A stretch of 64,000 nt of DNA, taken from contig CM102283.1 of the NCBI GenBank assembly GCA_046563655.1, positions 9,610,001 through 9,674,000 of the forward strand, written 5' to 3'. Under the pieces are notes generated by a model. The model was not told the origin of the DNA, searched no databases, and saw nothing but the letters and a program-made list of their open reading frames with translations. The position numbers and the translations under genes are program-made. This DNA is from Yuukianura sp. NJ FZ-2021 (lineage: Eukaryota). Below, piece by piece: positions 1 to 10,540 of the stretch (the stretch's first letter is position 1; every line of letters starts with the position of its first letter).

Positions 1-109
1 CAAAACCCTAACTTTTTTTTTTCAAAAACCTGACTTTTTTCAAAAACTACAACTTTTTTTTTCAAAAAAAGCTTCATCCCATTTTCCAAGGTTCCTTGAC
101 AACGAAGAG

Positions 110-338
110 TTATTTTTCTTTAACAGGTTGGGTACCACCTCGCTTGTTAACAAAAAAGTCAAAAAAAAAATTAGCACCACTTTAGTACCAATCCAAAAAA
201 TTGGTACCAATTGGTATGCAAAATTTAATAAAAATTGACTGCATTGTTATGACTATGATGCCCCGGAATGAAAAGGTACTTTTTTTTTTGCAAAATCGAA
301 AAAACATTAGGTACTACCCAACCTGTTAAAGAAAATAA
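110..338. mobile_element. MITE-like element with ~30-bp terminal inverted repeats
   Basis: Left end TTATTTTTCTTTAACAGGTTGGGTACCACCT (110-140) is the near-perfect reverse complement of right end AGGTACTACCCAACCTGTTAAAGAAAATAA (309-338); interior is non-coding. Confidence 0.65.
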
Positions 339-1742
339 ATCTAAAAGTCAACAAACCTTGCCATTTCCCGTCGTCCCCGTGGGCTGCAGAAAGTCGAAAA
401 AGTGGAAATGATTCTCGCCCAACCGTTTAGTGTTGTGGAGAGCCCGGGAGAAAGTGCGGAATCCACTTTAGCGATGGTTGTGGGTTCGAATCCCGCTGGC
501 TGGAACTCTGCCGACAAAAGAGACAAAGTTTGTTCAAAGTTACAAGTCAACCATTTCATCCGCCTAAGTTCATAGAGATTAGACACACAAAAAGTAGAAA
601 TGAAAAACAGAAGAAGCTGGAGAGTGTTGCAGGGACTTCCAGGGGCCTGGAACGAACTTTTGAGAATGAGCGCTTAAGAGGAAGCGTCTCGCTTAGAGCT
701 GCAAGAAGAGACTTGTAGTCTCTCCTTCACACTAGGAGAGAGGAGGTCTTAGGAAAAATAAGATGAAGAGAAAGCCCAGGTAAATCGATAGTGCTTCCCA
801 GCTACTTTCTCCACATTAGGCTTTTCCCTAACTGAATGTGCTTGTGCCCAGGAAATCCTAATGGGCATGGAGAGTACCTGTTTGGGCTTCTTCCTCCTCA
901 CACTGCACAAAAACACACAATTTTCCGTTTTTTCGGTTTTTTTGTGAAATGGAAGAAATGACAAAAAGACAGGGAATCCTCCTTGTCCTGTCAAAGAACA
1001 AATTCTCTCTCCACTAACTTTCTCTCTCCCGCGTGACAGGAAACACAAAAAAAGAGAAAGTTTTTGGTTCTCCAGTGAAAGTGAAATAGAAAATGTATTT
1101 ATTGACCGCGGTGGACCAAACATTCTTACTACAAAAGAAAAAAAAAACATATAATTCATTATTATCGATCTCTCTTTTGTTGAGCGTAACTTCAACCGGT
1201 ACATTACCTTACTTACATGATACATAAACATCATTCAGAAATTACACAAGTTACATAAATTACATAAATTACATAATACTGCTACTTATATAGATTACTA
1301 CACAAGGAGAAAAGAAAACTTTAGAGAAAGCAAGCCGGAAAATCAGTACTACAATAACAAAAAAAAGACACTTAAAAAACCGGGTTTTAGACAAAAAAAA
1401 TTGGAAGTAGAAAAAAAAAGTTAATCTTCGTTTCTGATTTAAATTTTGACAAAAATTTTGAAAATGTTGGCCAAAAGTATTAAAATATCACAATTTTTTT
1501 CCGAAGACTTTCTTTTCTGACAAAACTTGAAAAAACTTTCACTTTGTGCACCCATTGTCCATTGGCTTTTCTTTTATGTTTATGGAACTGTTTTTTGCCG
1601 CGCCGCGCATGACTCTTCCCGAAGGTACTTAAGTGTCCTTTAGTCCGTACTTATGGTGATCCTCAAGAGTACTTTTTGTACAACACAAAAAGCTTCCCTT
1701 TCCGCACAAAAAGCCTCCTGCTGCTCAAGTACTTTATGCCGA

Positions 1743-1847
1743 ATGCTGGAGCAGCATTTCTTTTTGAAATGTAACTTGATGCTGGATGCTGGAGGACCAT
1801 TTCTTGTTGAAATGTAACTTAATACTGGATGCTAGAGGAGTATTTCT
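1743..1847. repeat. 43-bp tandem repeat (~2.4 copies) just downstream of the CDF stop codon
   Basis: ATGCTGGAG..CATTTCTT.TTGAAATGTAACTT.AT.CTGG units start at 1743, 1786 and 1829. Confidence 0.85.
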
Positions 1848-1852
1848 GAAAA

Positions 1853-3368
1853 CTACTGTTGCCATAGTTCCCGTTGATGTTCTGGCGTATGGACAGATTC
1901 GTAGTCTACATGGACATATGCTCTCTCCACATTCGGTAGCAATTCCAACCGATTTTGTAAAGATTCTCCAAGGTCATGTGACACTTTTAAAGTCGTGTCT
2001 GGATGCAGTACAATGTCCACTTCAACGATGACTTTCTCCCCAGCATGATATGCTTTGCAAGTATCTACTTGCAGTATTCTGTCGTCATGCGTCATGGCAA
2101 TATAAGTCACTCTCTTGATGAACTTCGGATCAGCACATTTCCCAACAATCAGACGACAATGTTTCAGCACATTGCGACTCCAAGAGTACAGAATGAAGAG
2201 ACTGATGGCCAAACCCCCCAGGGGGTCAATGACCCCGCTGACCTTTGACCCCAGCAAGGCCAATATCAGTCCAAAACTGTTCAGGAAAAGGTCATTCCGA
2301 TGATCTTCTGACAAAGCTTGACAGGTTAAGTTATTAACCAGTCGACAGTAGACAAAAAGCACCAATTTTAGCACTATGGCGACACTGACTAAGGCGATGG
2401 ACCAAACCCCAAGGTCGGGGGGTTCGGGGGTCCCTATAAGGGCACTCATGCTGTGTATGATCAGTTGAAGGGACAGTGTTGTCATAAGGGACCCCAGCAC
2501 GACTATTCCTACAGTCTCAAAGCGCCCTTTGCCTGAAGGGTACCTGTAGATTTCAGTCTCCCGGGAGAGGTACTTAGTAGTGATGATGATTCCTGATGAA
2601 ATGAGATCCATCAGTCCATCAGCCATCGTGGCAAAAATTGAGAGCGATCCGGAAATCAGCGCAGCGCTGAGTTCCAGTCCAAAAAGTAAGATGCTGGCAG
2701 TTGCTGTTCCGTAAATGGCTATATTCACTTTTAAATTTTGGCGCTGAGCGTCTTCGACTTTGATTGGAGCAACGGGAGCCAACATGGAGTCTATTAAATC
2801 GTTTTGACTTTGGTAAAATTTGTGCAATTTTTTGCATTCGGTGTTGCTTAGTTCTTGTTCCGATTTTTTGAAATCGACGAGATGCAGAGGATCTGGAAGC
2901 GGGAGGGGAGAGTAAGTTAGCAGTTTGGAGTTTGGCTGAGGTGGGGAGGGGTCAAAGGTCATGTCAATCACACTTTCAGTCTGACTGTTGTTGTTTCGTG
3001 CAAAATCGCTGCCATCGCTGGATAAGCGTCGGTGACCATCGCTGGAACATCGCTGATTTTCAAATTGGTCGTCACAGTCCAACTGATTGTAAACTTTTCC
3101 GCCATCGTTTTTTGTGGAAGCACTGAAAAAATCAAAAATAAGAAAAAAGGAGGATTTTGACTTTTAGGGAATAAAATATTTTTTTTTGTATGTTTTTGCA
3201 CAACTTTTTCTTTGAATTTGTCATTTGAAAAGAGTTTGTGTTGTTTATTTTGTAAATGTGTTTGATCTGCTTTGATGTTAAGTTTGATCTTTTAATTGGG
3301 TTTTACCTTGTTCCACCACCGACAATCAATACATGATGAGGACTCGACGGAGACGGCGTTCTGCTCAT
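1853..3368 (-). CDS. Cation diffusion facilitator, Mn-CDF / plant MTP8-11-like metal transporter; exons 3368-3307 and 3122-1853
   Basis: Motifs FYQSQNDLID, GSLSIFATMADGLMD (TM2 DxxxD), YPSGKGRFET, DHRND (TM5) and C-terminal EVDIVL...SHDLGESLQ...VERAYVHVDYE. The ORF-track start is not an ATG. An upstream exon MSRTPSPSSPHHVLIVGGGT (ATG 3368) splices in frame through a GT-AG intron at 3306-3123. Confidence 0.92.
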
Positions 3369-4583
3369 TATGGAAACTCAGCTTTTCAAAATTTTGAAAA
3401 GTTCAGAATTTCTGGATAAAAATGAGTTCTCGTGGAAGTTGTTGAATGTTCTGTCAGAGACTAATTGGAGTCTTCACATGGAGGTTTTTCTTCATTTGCA
3501 GTAGAAGTTGAGCAGAACAGAGTAAGATGAAGACTAAAAAGACTAAAAATAGGCCTATGGAAGTCGTCCAAGCCGACTAATTTGAGTCAGTTGCTATACA
3601 TGATGTTAGCCTTCCAGTAAGTCCATGGACTGTCCATGCACAGTAGACTAAAAAGTGACTAACTTTTTACCACAAATGACTGAATGTAAGTCTGAGACGG
3701 GTAAAATGTTCTTTTCCGAGGGATATATCGTGGTGTATTGATTTTTTGTTCTGGAAGTCTTTCCTTATACTCCGTTCTGTACTAAAACCTACCGTACATT
3801 TCCAACCCGGGGTACTAATTTTTTAGCACTTTTGGGGAGGGGATTGCATAGCTTTATTGAAAATCGGGGTACTAGTTGTAAACTTACGGTACTAACAATT
3901 TTATGTCACTTTTAACTTAAGTCCAAGGTCAAAGAACAATGGAAAAGTTTTTTTTTAAAATGGGGCAAGTCGATAAAGTATGTTTTTAGAGTTAAGTTAA
4001 GGTTATGTTTAAACTGAAACAACAAAAGTAGTCACTAAAAGTGAAGTTATGAGTTCATGATGATACTGCAATTTCATCTGAAGGCTAATTCAGAAGTAAT
4101 TTGTTTTGGTTTTCGTGGTTTTGATTAGACTTAACAACAAAACGAATTATGCCTAATGATTATTAGTCATAACCGTTTTGCCAATAATCAAAACAAAAGT
4201 AGTTTTTGAACAGTGCAGACGCTGGAGAATCAAAATGACAAACGGATGTTGATGAATTGCAAATTGAAACTAGATTGTTTTGGAGAAAATGGATTTGGAC
4301 TAAACATAGTTTGGCTTGATTTTGATAAAAGTTTATAAAACTTCGTTTGTTACAAGGTTGGATGATGAATTTCGGAAGCGTTTGAAATTTAATTTTGAAG
4401 TGTTCTATAAAACGAGAAACAATGGACTTGGAAATAGCAGAAATGAATTGTTTCTTCTTAACCTACTTTTAGTTTAGACTTTCTCCATTTGAAAAAAAAT
4501 AACAAATCAAATAAAGTGGACTCTACAAACGAAAGTTTCGCAAAAAAAGGTAGACAAAAATTTGTAATTTGGGGCACTTTGAG

Positions 4584-5999
4584 ATGAACGCTTTTGAAGA
4601 TTTCAAAGACTATTGGCCCGCGCTTTTGACCAAAATTCAAACAAATTCCAAATACGAAGACATTCCACAGTCACTAGCCTGGTTGGAAAGAGTTCTCAAA
4701 GAAAATGTACCTTTTGGAAAATTAGTTCGGTAAAGACTTTTTGAAATTTCAAAAATTACAAAAACTAAACAAAAAAGTTCCAAACTAACTTAATTTTGGA
4801 CATTTTTGAATTTAGAGGCCTAACTTTTTTGGATTTCTACCGAGAATTGGTTACGGAAAGAACTAAAGAGCAAGACGAAGTTTCTTATGTGATTGCATGG
4901 TGCATTGAAATGGTCAAAAATTAGAAATTTTAGTACTATTTTTGTAAAAAGCGTCGCAAAACTATAATTTGTGTGTGTTTGCGCAGATGCAAACTTCGTA
5001 CTTGATAGCAGATGATATGATGGATGACTCTGAGACGCGCAGGGGCCGTCCATGCTGGTTTCGTGTTCCGGATGTGGGCACAATTGCTGTTAACGACACA
5101 CTGCTCCTGGAGAACTTGGTGTATCAACTGCTGGAATGGACTGTCCAGGACAAAGAAATACTGCTCCAGTTGACTCAAATGTTTCTCAATACGACATTCA
5201 AAACGATACTTGGACAGACATTGGACACTCGCTCCAGTTTCCTCAAGAACTACGATCAGTAAGGTTTCAAAATTTCACAAAAGAGTTTCAAAATTCAAAA
5301 GTTCAAAAAATTTTAAATTTAGATTTACCATCGATACATATGCGGCCATTGTTAAATACAAAACTAGTTTCTACACTTTTTACCAACCGTTGGCTCTAGC
5401 TCTAATTCTGGTAAGTAAACAAAGTTTTAGCACAAAAATGAAAATTATGCACAGCACAAAGTTAACAGAAAATGTTAGCGTACAATGTTTTTACAAATTG
5501 CATTTTTTTGAAAAGGCGGGAAAAACTGAGCCAAAATATTTGAATCCAGTGGAAGACATTTCTCTAAAACTGGGTCATTTGTTCCAAGTTCAAGATGATT
5601 ACATCGATTGCTACGCAGATCCAACTTTTTCTGGGAAAATTGGCACAGACATCATCGATGCCAAATTAACATGGTTGGCTGCTACTGCTCTGTCACTGGC
5701 AACTAAAGAACAAAAAGCGACATTTCAAGTAAAACATTCAAAATTTTGAGAAAAAAAAATGGACACTGATTATTTAACATTTTTGATAATTTGTACAGGA
5801 GTACTATGGAGTAAAAGATAAAAAAGCGGAAACAATCATCCGGGGATTATACGACACTCTGAACATCCCGGAAGCTTTTCAGAAATTTAAAAATTTGTAC
5901 TACAATCAAATCCTGGAAGCCATTAGCAAATTGGATCCAGAAATTCGCAGAAACTCTTTCGTCAATTTACTACAATTAACTTATAACCGGGAAAAATGA
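4584..5999 (+). CDS. FDPS: Farnesyl diphosphate synthase family short-chain trans-prenyltransferase, ~338 aa; exons 4584-4729, 4816-4912, 4987-5258, 5323-5410, 5516-5728, 5799-5999
   Basis: NVPFGKLVRG, FARM DDMMDDSETRRGRPCW, GQTLD, YKTSFYTF, SARM FQVQDDYID, GKIGTDI and basic C-terminus YNREK. All introns are GT-AG and keep the frame. Confidence 0.93.
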
Positions 6000-6292
6000 A
6001 AATGGCGCCAAAGTCTTTCCATCATTTTGAATTTGAAAATTCAAAAATTTTAAATTCCCACCAAATTGTGTACGACTAAATCTAACTTTTAATTCGGCTC
6101 ACAATTCCCTTACAATAAAATATTTGATTATAGCAAATTACAGAAACGAAACACGAACGTGCCAGTCACAGCGACGGCGCGTTTGGTTAAATTGACTTTT
6201 TGGTATGTAAAAGTGACCAGTGTATCGGAGCCACTTAGATTGTAATTTCAATTGACAATTTGGGTGTTGACAACTTTACGTGTTGACAATTG

Positions 6293-7153
6293 TTACAATA
6301 CCCAAAAGTAGAGGACAAATACAAATAGTACTATACATCCGGCAGCAGCTTTGGCATAGACTGACTGGAAGTTGAGGTACGTCGCATCTTTCTTGTACTT
6401 TTGCGACAACACACTCAAGTTCTGTGCTTTGTAGTCAATTTCTGACAGAACTGCGCCACGGTTGATCACGTCGTCGATATTTTGGAGCATAATGCGTTGA
6501 ACGTCTTGGATTTCGTTATTCAGTGCTGTCAAGTTTCTTCTACTTCGAGAATCCAGAATGTTCTTTCTCGCCTTTTGGATGTACGTATCTGAAAAGTAAA
6601 AGTTAGTAACACTTTTAGATTGTAGATGAGTTGTAACTGTTTTGATTGGTTCGTACCGAACTCGATGAAGAAGTAAGGCCTGGAAACACTGTGTATTTTG
6701 TTGGCATACTGGGACATGAACTCTCGAGCTAAGTCTTCTAGGTATGTGAATGCCAAACGTCTGGAGAAACTTTTCTCACAGAGCGTGAGGTAGATGACAT
6801 CGTTCTCAATGAGGTAACTGTCAAATGTCAATATGCACAGAGTCCACTTTAGCACAAACATCAATGTTAAATACTGGATTAGATAACTAAACTTACTGAA
6901 AAATGTAAGTGCCGGATTCCAAGGAACATCTAGCTGGACTTTGGGAGTTGAGACGACGAAACAGCAACTTTGCTTGTTGTTGATAATCGACCAGACTCTT
7001 CTCATACTAAAAATCAATCAGAAAGTAAAATTTGTCAATTAAAACGTTTCCAACTAGAAGTAAATCGTTTTCGCTCACCTCTTCGTCGTTTTGCATGGAA
7101 GCAGCCAGGGGCATGGAGTCTCTCAGCCGAGAAATCATTGTAAACAGCACCAT
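6293..7153 (-). CDS. SEC22B: Vesicle-trafficking longin R-SNARE Sec22 (4 coding exons)
   Basis: MVLFTMISRLRDSMPLAASMQ start, YQQQAKLLFRRL, LAFTYLEDL, RPYFFIEFDTYIQK, SNARE motif EIQDVQRIMLQNIDDVINRG and a C-terminal TM segment. Confidence 0.95.
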
Positions 7154-7774
7154 TATGACCTAGTTTCCTTCTTCCTACAAAAGAGTTAAATAAAATGTTA
7201 ACAAGTGTTAATTAATTAACTTAACTGCTAATTTTAAATGATTACCGCCACCGATTGACAATCAGACGGTAGTCCGGTACGGACTTAAGCAACCAAGTGG
7301 GACAGCTGTTTCAGTTAAAATTAGGAGCGACGAACGTCAGATGAAAACGTTGGATGTAACGATTTAATTTGGAAAAGATGTACTTTTAGAATCGCAGTTT
7401 AAGAAATCAGGATTGTAAACTTTAATTCACTTTTTTGCAGTTAATTAAATACGAGAATGAGAGCGACTATTTAACAGTTATGATTTAACCTGCTGATTTT
7501 TTGACAGAGACAAGTCGACGTGTCACTTTCCACTTTCTCTCGTTTTTTTTCATGTGTAGAAATTTTCCAATTCAAACTCAAACCTTCGCGCGGAATTTTT
7601 TTTATTTCTGTTGCTTATTACCGTATTTCGTGGCAACTATTTTTTCAGTAAATTGAAACGTTTCGGCAATTACTTTGAACTTGGTCTTGAATTACAGAAT
7701 TACCTTGAATTACTCGTAATTTTGTGTTACTCAGAAATGATGTCAATTTAGTTTGCAGTGCTTAGTTGGAGCAA

Positions 7775-8769
7775 TTATGGGCAGCATGGACGACTGGGGC
7801 ACTGCGGTGGCCAGCAGGCGCCATGTTTTTGTTGCCACTTGTACTGCATTTCCTGGCACTTGGCAACTCGCTCCTCCTCCTTCTTCTTTTCGTAGGCTTT
7901 ACACTCTTCGTACTGTTTCTCCAGAAATTCCGGGTCGACATACTTCGTTCCAGCACAAATGGAAGCGTTCAGCTCATAATTCGGTTGGTGAGTGTCAATC
8001 AGCTGTTGGCGGGGAAAACTGAAAACAGAAACAAACTTTAAACCAACGTCTTTTATGATTTCAGAGGTCAAAGGTCAACTTACTCAATGACTCCGCGACA
8101 CGGATAAGGACGGAGACTTGCTCCGCATGGCTGCCAGAACCGGTCACACTTTTCCCGCAAAAGTTGTTCAGTCGTTTTGTTGTCGTCGGGGTTAAACGTT
8201 CCGGACAAAATGTTCGTGCGAACTGGAAGGTCAACCATGACATAACGATCTCTTTCTCTGGCCCTGGAGTAAAAATTGGTAAAAAGCGAACGACAGTTGT
8301 TAACATTTGAAGAAAAAAGTTAAACAACATTGTTTAAGTTACATTTCATCTTCGTTGACGAGGCAAACAGGACGGTCGCAATTGTTCGTCACTTGGACGT
8401 AGGGAGTGAGAGAATTTCGCCACGTATTGTACTTTTGGCAACATTCCTCTTGTTCCTTCCCGCCACATTTCTGTTGCTCATTTTCCAAATTACAGGCTTC
8501 AGCTTTCCCTCTGTCAAAACCACAAGTAAAAAGTCAAATTTTTGAAAAGTTTGAACAAAAACTTTTGGATTTTGTGTTAGATTAGAGGGTGCTTTCACTT
8601 TTACTTACTCATTGGAATGTGGCTGGCCTGTTCGTATGGCATCAGTTCGCTCGATGGCTTCCGCCAGTGGATTCCGACGTACGAAGTAATTCAGTGGATT
8701 AGGCACCCACCCCCGGAAACAACTTTTGCAATTTGTGTAACAACCGATTGATGGATTCCAACCTTCCAT
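7775..8769 (-). CDS. Uncharacterised Cys-rich protein, ~250 aa; exons 8769-8609, 8510-8343, 8263-8084, 8018-7775
   Basis: Three GT-AG introns join four segments into one uninterrupted 753-nt frame (MEGWNPSIGCYTNC...CWPPQCPSRPCCP*). No recognisable domain and no signal peptide. Confidence 0.7.
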
Positions 8770-9330
8770 CTTCTGTCCAAAATTGCTCAAAGTAACTCAA
8801 AAACTTCCAAGGTCAAAATTTCAATTTGATCAGGTCAAAGTTTCAGTTTGACCGGATCGGAAAGAGGATCGGAAACGAGTGCGTGCGGACGTTGTTGTTG
8901 CCTTCTGAAAAGCTCTTTGAACAAAAAAGTTTTCAGTTTTCAATCATAACTTGAGTTCCTTCAAATCGCTACTGTTGCCATGGTTTCCAAAAATGCCCAA
9001 GCCTAGTGTTTTTTTTTTCTGAGAAAAAAAAGTAAAATTTTTTTAAATTACGAGTTTCCGTACATAAGATTGCCCTCCTAAGGAAGATTTTTCTCACGCT
9101 TTTATTTCTCTGCGTCATTACCGTTAATTTTTTTTTTTGAAAGTGACCTTGAGTGCCAAAATAAACTTCCAAATTGACATTATGACTTTTATGGTGTTCA
9201 GTTAATATTCTTGAGTCATTCCATTGTTAACGCAAAGTCATTATGTTCCACTTTGCCAGAGTCAGCACATTATCAAATTCCAATTAACAAGTCAGTTTCA
9301 AATTAGGATTTGAACTAAGAACATTTGGAC

Positions 9331-10054
9331 ATGGCTGTACAACTATTTAAAGGAGCGACCACTCTCCTGGCGACATTCACTTTCACTGTTCTCCCAACTG
9401 TTGTCCATGGTAACGACGACTGCTCAAACTTATTTTTCACTTCCGCTTGGCAACAGTGTTTCTTCAACAAGTTCAGAACTAACTGGGTCTTCAACCAGAA
9501 TCCACTCGACGCAGACGCAGACGACGGATTCCCAGACGCAAACGACGGATTCGCAGACACGGACATGTCCTCCGGCTTCAATTTTCCTGCTATGCCGTAA
9601 GGAATTCCGAAATTTCAAAACACAAAATGAAATTTTATGAAATTTATGAAAATGAAATTCTATGAAAAACGGAATTTGTAGGAACATGAACGACATGATG
9701 AACCAAGCAGCCCAAGGTGGTTGGAACGCACAGTCGCAGTCCCAAGTTTCTTCTAGTTCTGGCGGTACAACGTCAAGCACTTTCTCGACCAATGGCCATA
9801 CTTGGGTCGTAGAATCCAATGGTCTGTCCATGTCAACTCACAGTGACGGCAGAGTGGCCACGGTCAAAGTTGACATAGGCCAACCCACTTCAGTGGCCAA
9901 CTCTTTCGGGTCAGACAACAGTTTGCTCGTGACCTTGAAGTACCCCGACGGCATTGACAAGTGGCTCAAGGTCAAACTGGACTCGTCTGGAAACCCTAAA
10001 AATTTGCTAATCGGGCGGGAAAATGGAATTTTGACCATCACAGGTCAAGTCTAA
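9331..10054 (+). CDS. Uncharacterised probably secreted protein, ~212 aa; exons 9331-9596 and 9682-10054
   Basis: Hydrophobic N-terminus ending ..TVVHG|ND; CC|GTAAGG...TGTAG|G intron preserves the frame; beta-rich C-terminus ends ENGILTITGQV. Confidence 0.75.
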
Positions 10055-10540
10055 CGAAATCTCCACCCTATAAAAAAAACGAATAATTAAAAAAAAACTT
10101 TTGAAATATTTATTTACAACGTTACACTCCCACAAGAAGAGAAAATGTTTGAGTTTTACCCTTGTACAACATATAAGTCAATTTGTAATTAATTAACTCT
10201 AGTTAATTAAGTAATTAATTTAGTAATCGACTAAAATCTAACACTTCCACTTGAATCCTAATATTTAGTTCTGGATTTTCTACACAACAAAAACAAATTT
10301 TAGTCAATGTGTAATAAATTAATTACATTGCTTACAAAACAATAACTTCTCACCAAACCTCATCTGAGAAAAATTGAAAACTAAAAACTTTTTAGTAAAC
10401 TAATCCACAAAAACTATTTACCCTATTTATCGGCGTATAACGCACACTTAAACATCCCTAATAATAGTTTACGGTAATTTTTTGAATTTACCGTAATTCG
10501 TCACTTTCCTGCACTAAAACAGTTGGAACCTCCACTTTTT

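Noticed and set aside
749-1234. 161-aa minus-strand ORF
   Set aside because: Phe/Lys-rich translation of A/T tracts with no domain or splice support.
4050-4460. Possible pseudogene fragment upstream of FPPS
   Set aside because: All frames examined are interrupted and no family is recognisable.
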